DNA from: an uncultured Patescibacteria group bacterium
GTDB lineage: Bacteria > Patescibacteriota > JACMRA01
Length of the DNA stretch: 64,000 nt
NCBI GenBank assembly: GCA_938041505.1
Contig: CALITC010000010.1
Location: 576-64,575, forward strand
Direction: 5' to 3'
In this document: positions 9,754-18,643 of the stretch, piece by piece
Numbering within the stretch: position 1 is the first letter of the stretch
Layout of the letters: every line of letters starts with the position of its first letter
Notes under the pieces: generated by a model
Database searches by the model: none
The model's input: the letters and a program-made list of their open reading frames with translations, nothing else
What the model was told of the DNA's origin: nothing
Made by a program: the position numbers and the translations under genes

Positions 9754-10477
9754 AATTATCCCAATTAAGGCGAGTGTTTGGTGGTAAATTGTGAGCGGTT
9801 AAAAAGACTTCTACTTGCACGCTATCCCAGCCAAGCTGCTTAAGATTGTTAGAGAGGGTTTTTTTAGGCAGTGCAAATAGTTTTTTGAGAATGGAGAACT
9901 TGATCGGTAAGCTTGCGGCATCGCGAGCTTTGGGAGTGCCTTGCAAAGCTGCTGAGTCTACACGAGGTGCTGGAGTAAAGTTACCTTTAGAGATACCAAA
10001 GAGCACCTTGGTATCCCATACGTAGTTGAGCCAGGCACCAAAGAAGGTAAAATGCTCTGATGTGCGTGTCTTGTGGGCAACCTCGGCCTGGAGAATCACG
10101 GTAAATGGTGTTTGCGGATACTGCTGACCAAGCTCCATTAGAATCCTGGAGCCGACATTGTACGGCAGATTGCTGAACAGATAGAAGTCCTTGGGGATTT
10201 TAGGCGAATGAGCTGTGAGCATGCGTAGAGCATCGCCGTGAAGAATTGTTAGCCCCGAAAACTTAGATTGTAGAAGCTGGCAGGCCTCTTCGTCAATCTC
10301 GATCAAGAGCGGATTATACTGAGCGATATGCTGCGTAAGGTCCCCTGCCCCCGGACCGATTTCAACCATTGGAAGATTCGGATTATAGTGACGAGCTACA
10401 GCATTTTTGAGCTTGTCCTGGTGAATTGGAGAAGTAAGGAAGTTCTGCCCAAACTTTTTCTTATGCTGGAAAGTCAT
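9716..10477 (-). CDS. rsmA: 16S rRNA (adenine1518/1519-N6)-dimethyltransferase
   Basis: Carries KKKFGQNFL, the SAM motif VEIGPGAGDLT and NLPYNVGS. Confidence 0.9.
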   Translation of the reverse strand: MTFQHKKKFGQNFLTSPIHQDKLKNAVARHYNPNLPMVEIGPGAGDLTQHIAQYNPLLIEIDEEACQLLQSKFSGLTILHGDALRMLTAHSPKIPKDFYLFSNLPYNVGSRILMELGQQYPQTPFTVILQAEVAHKTRTSEHFTFFGAWLNYVWDTKVLFGISKGNFTPAPRVDSAALQGTPKARDAASLPIKFSILKKLFALPKKTLSNNLKQLGWDSVQVEVFLTAHNLPPNTRLNWDNYAQILDQLYKQV

Positions 10478-10486
10478 TATCTGAGT

Positions 10487-10515
10487 ATAGTATATTAAGT
10501 AATTGTAGCTGTAAA
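10487..10515 (-). promoter_or_regulatory. Sigma70-like promoter of rsmA with near-leaderless geometry
   Basis: On the minus strand, TTTACA-17 nt-TACTAT. The -10 box ends 9 nt before the ATG at 10477 and there is no SD. Confidence 0.45.
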
Positions 10516-10563
10516 GAAGACGAATTCCCTAAAAAGAAAGTCATACGCATCTTGACATATGAC

Positions 10564-10599
10564 TTGACATTTGGTATTTTTTGGGTTATATTGTATAAT
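10564..10599 (+). promoter_or_regulatory. Strong sigma70-like promoter of the small-ORF unit
   Basis: TTGACA (10564-10569)-17 nt-TATATT (10587-10592). An overlapping alternative is TTGGTA (10571-10576)-17 nt-TATAAT (10594-10599). A duplicated CTTGACAT lies at 10551 and 10563. Confidence 0.55.
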
Positions 10600-10623
10600 G
10601 TAGTTTAGTAAGGAGGAGGAGAG

Positions 10624-10704
10624 ATGAATCACAGAATTTTCAGACTAGTTCTGATTATTCTCATTTTTTTGTTTCAAATCATACAGCGGTTTTTAGATAA
10701 CTAG
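10624..10704 (+). CDS. 26-aa hydrophobic peptide (MNHRIFRLVLIILIFLFQIIQRFLDN), type I toxin-like
   Basis: Near-perfect SD AAGGAGGAGGAG at 10610-10621 with ATG at 10624. The unit has its own promoter and terminator and is isolated on the plus strand between two minus-strand genes. Confidence 0.45.
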   Translation: MNHRIFRLVLIILIFLFQIIQRFLDN

Positions 10705-10767
10705 AAACTGCAAGGGGTGTGATAGTAGCTCGAACTACTTCCTCCCCGCTCTTTACTACTACGTTTA

Positions 10768-10800
10768 AGTGACTGGAAAACTCTAGTCACTCTTTCTTTT
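10768..10800 (+). terminator. Hairpin terminator of the small-ORF unit
   Basis: AGTGACT (10768-10774) pairs with AGTCACT (10785-10791), followed by CTTTCTTTT. Confidence 0.5.
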
Positions 10801-10841
10801 GACTTATTTTTACACTTTTGTCAACTTACACGTTTCTTACT

Positions 10842-11201
10842 TTACTTATTGCGTAGGATTTTTTCCATTGCTTTGCCTTTGGCTAGTTCGTCTATAAGTT
10901 TGTCGAGATAGCGGATTTCGCGCATGGTTTTTTCTTTGACTTCTTGTACCTTGACACCGCATACGGACCCGGTGATTAATTTTCTATTTGGGTTCATCTT
11001 TGGGGCATCCTTGAAGAATGTTTGGAAATCTGTTTTGTCACCCAACACCTTCTGCAACCCTTTGGTGCCATAGCCAGTAAGCCACTCTATGATGGTATCC
11101 ACCTCTTCTTTGGTGCGACCCTTTTTCTCGGCTTTGGTGATGTAGTGAGGATAAATACTAGCAAAGCTCATGGTGTAGACTGGATGTGATTTTTTGGTCA
11201 T
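10842..11201 (-). CDS. DUF2200-family protein
   Basis: [44 protein letters not shown] resembles DUF2200. ATG at 11201. Confidence 0.55.
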   Translation of the reverse strand: MTKKSHPVYTMSFASIYPHYITKAEKKGRTKEEVDTIIEWLTGYGTKGLQKVLGDKTDFQTFFKDAPKMNPNRKLITGSVCGVKVQEVKEKTMREIRYLDKLIDELAKGKAMEKILRNK

Positions 11202-11224
11202 GATCAAGTGTTGATTATTTTGTA

Positions 11225-11665
11225 TCAATAGACAAATGGAACTAGTCTTTTAGTTTTGTTTGAATATTCTTCATAACCTGAGAATGATTTTGTAAGCAGC
11301 GCTTCTTCATACCTTAGTTTCAATACAAGATCTACAAGCAAGACAAGCCATAACGAAATTGATATCGGATCTATTCGGTTTACTAAAAAACCTGCGGTAA
11401 GCAATAACACTGCAGTGTACATTGGATGACGAATTAGCTTATACGGTCCTTGAGTCATTAATTGTTGAGTCTTTCGCACTTCTGGGAAGATATTTACACT
11501 GAATCGCATCACCAGCACCGCCCATAAGCCGAGTGCTATCCCGGCACTGGAGATCAGCGTGCTTGGAATTGTACTAAAGGTTCCGCTATAATTGGCTATA
11601 GCGTATATCAAACTAAATTGAATTACAACGAAAATTACAGATTTCCAAGAAGAAACTCGAAACAT
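11225..11665 (-). CDS. Isoprenylcysteine carboxyl / phospholipid methyltransferase-family membrane protein
   Basis: 4-5 TM segments with the [16 protein letters not shown] signature. TGA stop. Confidence 0.6.
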   Translation of the reverse strand: MFRVSSWKSVIFVVIQFSLIYAIANYSGTFSTIPSTLISSAGIALGLWAVLVMRFSVNIFPEVRKTQQLMTQGPYKLIRHPMYTAVLLLTAGFLVNRIDPISISLWLVLLVDLVLKLRYEEALLTKSFSGYEEYSNKTKRLVPFVY

Positions 11666-11788
11666 ACTGAGAGCTTATACTGTCAGCTGTATACGGTCAA
11701 TATTTAGACCTAAATATAACCTTGGTTAAAAAATGTTGCATTAATGTGATTTATATGGTATACTTATAGTATAAACTAAACAAAAAAA

Positions 11789-12457
11789 ATGGCTTCATAT
11801 CAAATTCCTCAGTTTTTAGATTCCGGTGATAAGATCTTCGGACCACTTAACTTGCGCCAGTTTGGCTATGCATTAGGCGGGGCTTTCTTCGGATATTTGA
11901 TTTTCCTTGCAGTGCAGAGCTTGGTGCCAGGAGCTGGGTTCTTTGCTATTTTGCCTGCAGCCCCTGTTTTGGGACTGGCAGCATATTTGGCATTAGGTAA
12001 ATACAATGGGCGAGACTCGGAGATCTATGTCCTGCAGATGGTAATATACAATCTGAAACCGCGACTAATGAAATACAGCCGCCAGGCCGACGTCAGCGAC
12101 CTAGACAGCAAACTTGCCCAACTTAGTCCAGGAAACATCGAAAAAAAGTGGCAGAAGCAACTTCTAGAAGAATCCAACGCCCGCAATAACAAAATCAAGA
12201 AATTCAGAGACCGTAACTCCGAGCAAAAAGCTGCGCAAATAAGAGATATTAGTTTCTCAGTAGACACCAGTATTCGCAATACCCTAGCTAACGTGAAGCG
12301 CAAACAGATTCAAATCGAACAACACCAGCACGCAATGAACGTAATGCATAACATTAAGCAAAAGAATAGAGACTATACTCAATCTCCACTGATTAATACC
12401 CCTGCTCCGTTGCAAGCTACCGACGCGCAAACGAGTGAGCTGAACTACTTTGAGTAA
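11789..12457 (+). CDS. PrgI-family (VirB3-like) membrane protein with a long polar C-terminal tail
   Basis: The N-terminus MASYQIPQFLDSGDKIFGPLNLRQFGYALGGAFFGYLIF plus a second TM segment is the PrgI-family pattern. No VirB4-like ATPase is adjacent. Confidence 0.5.
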   Translation: MASYQIPQFLDSGDKIFGPLNLRQFGYALGGAFFGYLIFLAVQSLVPGAGFFAILPAAPVLGLAAYLALGKYNGRDSEIYVLQMVIYNLKPRLMKYSRQADVSDLDSKLAQLSPGNIEKKWQKQLLEESNARNNKIKKFRDRNSEQKAAQIRDISFSVDTSIRNTLANVKRKQIQIEQHQHAMNVMHNIKQKNRDYTQSPLINTPAPLQATDAQTSELNYFE

Positions 12458-12473
12458 CACTGAGAGTTTCAGA

Positions 12474-13943
12474 TTACCTTACACTCTCCACCCAGACAAT
12501 AATATCAGCACCTTCATAGCTTGGCGGCACTATTTTGGAGCTTGGAATTTCGCCTTCCACTGTGTAGTCTAGCGTATTGCTTGCTAGGATATCTTTGAAC
12601 TGGCTACGCAAAGAATCATTTTTGATGTAGATCGTGGTTTCTTCTATACTCGCTCCTGTGGCAGCTTGGATTTGTTGATAATACCCGTTGTTATAGAGGG
12701 TGTTTTCAAAGCCAATACCGAGTAACTCATTGTATGCATTATCTGTGTCAAAACTTTGATTACCAAGGAAAGCAACTTGAGACTCAAACAAGCCTCCATT
12801 CTCAGTTTCTAAGAGAATGTTCTGGAGCACACCCTGTAGCTTTTTCCTACTTGTGGACACTCCTGCTCGCCCTGCAGTTGTGCCGTCGCAATAAGTGATA
12901 ATGTAAGCTCCGACATCGCTTTGGCTTGGGCAGGTAATTCCATCAGTTGTATCCAAGATATATCGATTGAAAGTACTAGAACCTTCTGGGGTGTCTTTGA
13001 GTATAGTTGCTAAAGAAATTATCTCATCGACACGCATGCTAGTACTAACATACTTATTTATAATGTCATAAAAAGAGCGAATCTTAGATGCATTTGCAAA
13101 AATATTCTCACTTCTTAAGGTGTTAATAATCCCCTCGATTACGATAGATTGCCGGCGAGACCTGGCAAAGTCACTTCCTTCACCGTTGGTACCTTTACGA
13201 GACCTAGCGTAAATAAGGGCCGTTTCCCCATCCATAATTTGCCTACCTGCTTCGAATGTTGGAGCAGGCTGAATAAATCCTGAATAATTCCTTGTTGGAA
13301 ACTCATAATCTGTGAACCCGTTTGGCACATCTACCTCAATACCTCCAATTGTATCAACAACTTCTTCTACACTCTCAAAACTAACACTCATCCAATAGTG
13401 CAAAGGAATGTCGAGCTCTTCTGATAGCAAATCAGCCACAAACTCTTCTCCTGATCCAGGATTCCGGAATTCAGCATTAGAATATACCGCATTAATTTTG
13501 GCAGATTCAAAACCATCGAATATATAGAAATCCCTTGGGATGTTAATAGTGGTTACTTTTTGTTCTTCATGGAAATAAGAAGCCACCATAACCGTATCAG
13601 TCAACCCTGCACCTGTGCCATCTCTCCCTAGTAATAAGAAGTTCGTTCTACCACTCTGCTCACCTTTAATTGGGTCACGATTACTAGGATTTAGGATGTT
13701 GCCGATTTGAGATATTGAACCAAATAAACCGCTATTTTCACTCCCGTTACCAAACGCGCTATTACTCGATAGCATAGTATTGGCAAACATTAAAAAAGCT
13801 ATCGCTCCGATAGATATAACTATTACAAAGAGAGAAAATATTTTTCCAAAAGAGGCCTTTTTTGGCTGTTGATACTCACTTTCAGATTCTTCACTTAACG
13901 ACTCGTCCTGTACTATGTCTTCAAGAATTTCTTGTGTACTCAT
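12474..13943 (-). CDS. LytR-CpsA-Psr (LCP) family cell-wall glycopolymer transferase
   Basis: N-terminal TM anchor, LLLGRDGTGAGLTDTVMVASY, and ..ALIYARSRKG.. motifs. Confidence 0.8.
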   Translation of the reverse strand: MSTQEILEDIVQDESLSEESESEYQQPKKASFGKIFSLFVIVISIGAIAFLMFANTMLSSNSAFGNGSENSGLFGSISQIGNILNPSNRDPIKGEQSGRTNFLLLGRDGTGAGLTDTVMVASYFHEEQKVTTINIPRDFYIFDGFESAKINAVYSNAEFRNPGSGEEFVADLLSEELDIPLHYWMSVSFESVEEVVDTIGGIEVDVPNGFTDYEFPTRNYSGFIQPAPTFEAGRQIMDGETALIYARSRKGTNGEGSDFARSRRQSIVIEGIINTLRSENIFANASKIRSFYDIINKYVSTSMRVDEIISLATILKDTPEGSSTFNRYILDTTDGITCPSQSDVGAYIITYCDGTTAGRAGVSTSRKKLQGVLQNILLETENGGLFESQVAFLGNQSFDTDNAYNELLGIGFENTLYNNGYYQQIQAATGASIEETTIYIKNDSLRSQFKDILASNTLDYTVEGEIPSSKIVPPSYEGADIIVWVESVR

Positions 13944-14006
13944 GATTACGCTTATAAGGGTTTGTTATGGTTTTAATAATAGCAAATATATTGTAATGAT
14001 GTCAAA

Positions 14007-14399
14007 TTGACATATCTGCGACTTGTGACCATAATTTATGACAATATGTTTTTACTCTATTTTATCGTTAATATACTAGTAGTTTATGGATTATCTTCAA
14101 TCTTGGATCAATTTATGGTGGACTCTTTAGCTACTTCGTTTTGGTTTGTTTTGGTACTCAGCATCTTTAATATGACGATTATTCCTATCATTAAATTTTT
14201 TGCATTTCCAGTAAATTTTTTGACTCTTGGCTTATTTAATACCCTACTTAATCTCGCAGTTATAGGGTTCACGACCAACCTAATTGACGGAGTAACCATC
14301 ACTGGAGACAGATTTAGTTCTTTGCTAGTCTTAGTGATAATTGCAGTATCCTTATCTGTTGGGCATAGCCTTGTAGCTCGATACTTTGAAGACAAATAA
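14007..14399 (+). CDS. Phage_holin_4_2-family four-TM membrane protein
   Basis: Carries FPVNFLTLGLFNTLLNLAVIGFT, the family core motif. The true start may be ATG 14046. Confidence 0.55.
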   Translation: MTYLRLVTIIYDNMFLLYFIVNILVVYGLSSILDQFMVDSLATSFWFVLVLSIFNMTIIPIIKFFAFPVNFLTLGLFNTLLNLAVIGFTTNLIDGVTITGDRFSSLLVLVIIAVSLSVGHSLVARYFEDK

Positions 14400-14485
14400 A
14401 AAAACCCATTTAAAAAAACAGGTGCACATATCGAGTAAACTACTCATTTTATTCTACAACTAAATTGATGTGTCGTATAAGCTCA

Positions 14486-15106
14486 CTACTGTAATATCCA
14501 GCGTTTTGCTTTACAGCCATTTTTTGCCCCGAGTGCGGTTATACGTTCAAATTTGGTAACTAACGAATGCTGTTGGCACAGGATAGCCAATATATAAAAA
14601 CGTGCCCTTCCGATTCCAAGTAATATTCTTGATGTTTTGTTGTGTTTATCAGAATTTTGGGCTTGCACGAAGGCAAGTAATCCGTACTCTCCTAAATCAG
14701 AAGTATCAAACCCAGTTAGCAAATGGGTTAAGTCATGGGTTTTTACACCCTCCAAAAGAAAAATCTGAGAAATACTAGATTCTGAAATATTCTGGACAAA
14801 ATTTAGTGGATATAATTCCTCAGATGCCATATATTCGGCATATATTTTTCCTAACGTGCCTTCTGGCAACTGAGCCAAATCATCAAGGTTGTACGGTGTC
14901 AAAACCGTCTCAACAAAACCAGGGATCTTGTATAATTCTACTTCTAGCATTTTATTTTGGAAAAATGCGTCCAGCCGACTTCGCTGCTTTTGAGATATTT
15001 CTAGCAACGTTAACTTCACGATTTCAATCGCTGCTGCAGCATTTGATGGGTCCACAAACCACTTGATAGAAGCAATTAATATTCGCACCAACTTCTTTAA
15101 ATTCAT
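14486..15106 (-). CDS. Coq4-family protein
   Basis: HDLTHLLTGFDTSDLGE matches the Coq4 HDxxH-x11-E zinc motif. LPEGTLGKIYAEYM lies upstream. Confidence 0.65.
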   Translation of the reverse strand: MNLKKLVRILIASIKWFVDPSNAAAAIEIVKLTLLEISQKQRSRLDAFFQNKMLEVELYKIPGFVETVLTPYNLDDLAQLPEGTLGKIYAEYMASEELYPLNFVQNISESSISQIFLLEGVKTHDLTHLLTGFDTSDLGEYGLLAFVQAQNSDKHNKTSRILLGIGRARFYILAILCQQHSLVTKFERITALGAKNGCKAKRWILQ

Positions 15107-15196
15107 TCTAACACTCTACTATCACCGATCTTAAATGCGTGCTCTAAGATAAGCTGGAATTTTGTGTATTGTCGAGTTTTTTTATCTTATGTTTGG

Positions 15197-16645
15197 TTAT
15201 GCTTCGTGCTTTTTGAATATGAGAATGAATGGCGTGGAGAGAATAATGTAGATATCCAACCAAAATGACCAGTGCTCAATGTAATAAGTGTCGAAGAATA
15301 CTTCTTTTTCGAAACTGAGATCACTACGTCCATTGATTTGGGCCATACCGGTAATGCCCGGCTTAATATTGAGTACTTTATAATGATGCGATTTATACTT
15401 TGCAACTTCTCGTGGTTGGTGAGGTCTTGGGCCTACCACAGACATTGAGCCAAGAAGGACATTAATAAACTGAGGTAATTCGTCTAGGCTAGTGCGTTCT
15501 AAGAACTTACCCACTCTTGTCATCCGAGGGTCGTCTTTGATTTTGTAGAGAGGGCCTTCATCCTTCTTTAGATTTTTGGACCTGATTAGATTCTGTTCAA
15601 ACTCAATCGCCTCTTTGTTATCTGAGGTGGTATTGAACTCAGTCTTGAAACGTCTAAACTTCCACAGGTTGAATGTTTTTCCGTCTGGACCAGTGCGTTC
15701 GTTGAGGTAAAAAACAGAACCTTTGGAATCTAATTTGATAGCTATTGCAATAAGCAAGTATAGCCAGGAAAAAACTGTCAGGAAGGTCAAAGCAAAGGCA
15801 AAATCAAACAACCTTTTGAAGACTACCCACCAACCGTCTAGCAGAGTATTCTGAACTTCGATCATAGTGTGACCACCTACCACAAGAGGCTTGAGATCAA
15901 ATGCAGAATACTGCCCAAACCCTACAGGCCTGAACATAAACGGAATTTTATACCGCTCAGCCATCACAGCAATAAATGATTCGATTTGATTCTGATTGGA
16001 AAATAAATATATCTCCGATATCATACGTTTGGTTATGAGCTCTTGGATCTCTTCTTTAGACTCTTCGTTAAGATCTCTAATTAAATAAACACTATTAACA
16101 TCCCTGCGTTGTTGGAGCCACTTCTCTAGATCAGACTCTTCGTTAGCCGCCAATAAAACATTGGTTTTACCAATATTAAATACATACAGAATCTGGAGCA
16201 CACCCCAAAGCAAAAAACGAGTAAAGAGAACTGTGTACAATATAAAAAACCCCCCTGTGGCTAGAATGAATCGTGAAATATTCACCCCTGGTGGTAATAA
16301 TGTACGATTAAACTCGTCAAAAAAATACACCGCAATTATAAACACTAGGACAAAGAAAATTCCAGCCACTATGCGTAGAGCGGTGTTCCAAATGCTTAAT
16401 CTTTTTCGAACTTCATACAGCCCCAAAAAAGCGAAAACCAGTACTACAACAGCACTGAAAATCATCGAGCTAAAGATATAGTCATTACGAGCAAGGCGAT
16501 CTGTAGATCTAAAAATATCAGAATCTAAAAACCACCGGTATCGTACTAAGTATACCAGACCGGCACCAAGTAAGACTGAGAAGAAATCAATGATCGGCAA
16601 AATAGCGACCATCCAAATTCTACGAGTGTTTGCAAGCGGGAGCAT
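15197..16645 (-). CDS. Polyprenyl-phosphate hexose-1-phosphate transferase (bacterial sugar transferase, WbaP/CpsE-like)
   Basis: N-terminal TM block, with C-terminal KRLFDFAFAL.., SVFYLNERTGPDGKTFNLWKFR, DELPQFINVLLGSMSVVGPRP. Confidence 0.85.
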   Translation of the reverse strand: MLPLANTRRIWMVAILPIIDFFSVLLGAGLVYLVRYRWFLDSDIFRSTDRLARNDYIFSSMIFSAVVVLVFAFLGLYEVRKRLSIWNTALRIVAGIFFVLVFIIAVYFFDEFNRTLLPPGVNISRFILATGGFFILYTVLFTRFLLWGVLQILYVFNIGKTNVLLAANEESDLEKWLQQRRDVNSVYLIRDLNEESKEEIQELITKRMISEIYLFSNQNQIESFIAVMAERYKIPFMFRPVGFGQYSAFDLKPLVVGGHTMIEVQNTLLDGWWVVFKRLFDFAFALTFLTVFSWLYLLIAIAIKLDSKGSVFYLNERTGPDGKTFNLWKFRRFKTEFNTTSDNKEAIEFEQNLIRSKNLKKDEGPLYKIKDDPRMTRVGKFLERTSLDELPQFINVLLGSMSVVGPRPHQPREVAKYKSHHYKVLNIKPGITGMAQINGRSDLSFEKEVFFDTYYIEHWSFWLDIYIILSTPFILIFKKHEA

Positions 16646-17044
16646 AGTGATGTAATTCCTAGCAGCTTAGACCGTATCAAGCATCTTGTCAATGTATTGA
16701 CTGAAGTTCCAAATTTTGCTATTCTAGGGGTCATCTAACGAAATTGGGGCTAAATAAAAGACATAAATTCAAAATTAAAAACCTTGCATATACAGTGGGC
16801 AACACTACAGGCTATGCTTCTTTTGATTTTGGGATACCGATTTTTGAGTCTATATATCTTCACTTAGCAAAGGATACGATTGAGACTAGGGATATCGATG
16901 AAGTGCTTGTTAAAAGGTGGTCAATACCTCGAAAGCAAGATCTCCAGATTGAACAAAGGTGGAGTACGAAAATATACCATTCTTAATTCTGCTTACAATC
17001 CTGAATCTAAGTAGTATTCAATAACAGTTCAAGGAGGTACAAGA

Positions 17045-17164
17045 TTGTTCAATGATCTATACGGATACCCTGACCCAATAGATACAACTGAACCTGCTAG
17101 TATTGATTTTATGATCAAAGATACAGGCTCAAACATCCAGGTTTTATTACTAAAAGCAGTATAG
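17045..17164 (+). CDS. 39-aa ORF with consensus SD (MFNDLYGYPDPIDTTEPASIDFMIKDTGSNIQVLLLKAV)
   Basis: AAGGAGG at 17031-17037 lies 7 nt before TTG 17045. The ORF may be a real small protein or a gene remnant. Confidence 0.3.
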   Translation: MFNDLYGYPDPIDTTEPASIDFMIKDTGSNIQVLLLKAV

Positions 17165-17233
17165 AATACCTCTGCTTTGAAGCTTTGTTATTATTCCTCG
17201 AATATTTTTCGGGGAATCTTGTTTGACAGGGTT

Positions 17234-17262
17234 TTGCTCCTTACGTATCATTACTCTATAAT
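17234..17262 (+). promoter_or_regulatory. Promoter of the FemAB-family gene
   Basis: TTGCTC-17 nt-TATAAT. The -10 box ends 10 nt before ATG 17273 and there is no SD. Confidence 0.4.
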
Positions 17263-17272
17263 ACTTCTAGCA

Positions 17273-18373
17273 ATGGCTACACTTAAGAACTACTCTCCCT
17301 ACTTTTTACAATCGCAAGAGTGGTCTGATTTTTGGTTGGAAGCCATGAATAATAAACATTTGAAATTCTTACTAGAATCACCCAACAGCAAGGCGACATT
17401 TGGCGCTTGGGTTTACAAATACCCTTGGCACTTAAACCAGTCCTTTTTATATATTCCGAAGGGTCCTATTTTGACTTTACACAACAAGGGTGTGCCTAAA
17501 GGTGAGCTCCTCAAATTGTTTCGGACTTTTTGCTTTCGACTAGTTTCAGCTGCCGCTACACACGACGTATCTTTTATAAAGATGGATTTTGATGACAAAG
17601 TTATGGCAACTTTTGGTTTGGAAAGTGAATCAGATCTCCAAGACCTAATGGAGAGTGTTCTCGCAAATGATGGCCAGAATAATTTTCCAAAGTGTGAGCT
17701 TAAGATTAACACTAAAACACTTCAATATCTGCAGACTGTAGTACTCGATGGAGCAAATATGTACAACTCTTCTTTGGGTTATTCTCTTGAGACAGTGCGC
17801 GAATTCTACTCTCAGAATTCTGAATTCTGGAGCCAAACCAACCAGAACATAAGACGCTACTCTAAGAAGTCCTTGAAGACAGAATGGGAGATTGTAGTTG
17901 ACAAGAGCGAAGAAGCTTTTGAGGGGTTTTGGGAGGTCTACAGAGCAACAAGTGAGCGTCAAAAATTCGCCACTCATAACAAAGAATACTTCCAAAAACT
18001 AGCCAGTAAGAACTTCACCCACATCGCCCTTCTCAAAGCTGAGGGGGAGGTTGTGAGTTGCTGGTTTGGAGTGCAAAGCGGAGACACCCTGACCTATCTC
18101 TATGGTGGCAATACCGAAGAGGGCTTCAAGCTAAAGTCCCAGTATATGATGCACATTATAGCCCTCAAAATCCTCGCTGATAACAAACTCCGCCACTACG
18201 ACCTCGGAGGCTACGATGCCGACAAAGGTTTCGGCAAATTCAAAGAAGGCTACCGTGGAGATATTCGCACATTTCTAGGCCCAGTAGACATCGTGATTCA
18301 ACCTCGCAAGTACTCATTTACTAACAGATTTGTAGACACCACCAAGAGCGTTACTGGACTGTTCTCTCGGTAA
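17273..18373 (+). CDS. FemAB-family peptidoglycan interpeptide-bridge aminoacyltransferase
   Basis: MATLKNYSPYFLQSQEWSDFW.., ..YLYGGNTEEGFKLKSQYMMH.. and ..YDLGGY..GFGKFKEGY match the FemAB pattern. Confidence 0.8.
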   Translation: MATLKNYSPYFLQSQEWSDFWLEAMNNKHLKFLLESPNSKATFGAWVYKYPWHLNQSFLYIPKGPILTLHNKGVPKGELLKLFRTFCFRLVSAAATHDVSFIKMDFDDKVMATFGLESESDLQDLMESVLANDGQNNFPKCELKINTKTLQYLQTVVLDGANMYNSSLGYSLETVREFYSQNSEFWSQTNQNIRRYSKKSLKTEWEIVVDKSEEAFEGFWEVYRATSERQKFATHNKEYFQKLASKNFTHIALLKAEGEVVSCWFGVQSGDTLTYLYGGNTEEGFKLKSQYMMHIIALKILADNKLRHYDLGGYDADKGFGKFKEGYRGDIRTFLGPVDIVIQPRKYSFTNRFVDTTKSVTGLFSR

Positions 18374-18643
18374 TTATTCTCTTCATAGATTCTCTGTTCC
18401 TTTTCTCATAAATTACAGACCGTTACCATTTTATTGTGTTCGCTTAGATCGGTGCACCTATAGGTAAATTAATCTACAACTCTTTTCTGGGGCGGATACT
18501 TTACACGACTAAAATAACTGTTGGAAAACCACTAATTATGCTTAAGAAGATCAAAGATACGATACCTGTCTTAATGGATTTGTTGCTAGTAATGGATTGG
18601 TTCATAATCAGTTGTTAGATATTATCTCTAATCACCAAGTCTC

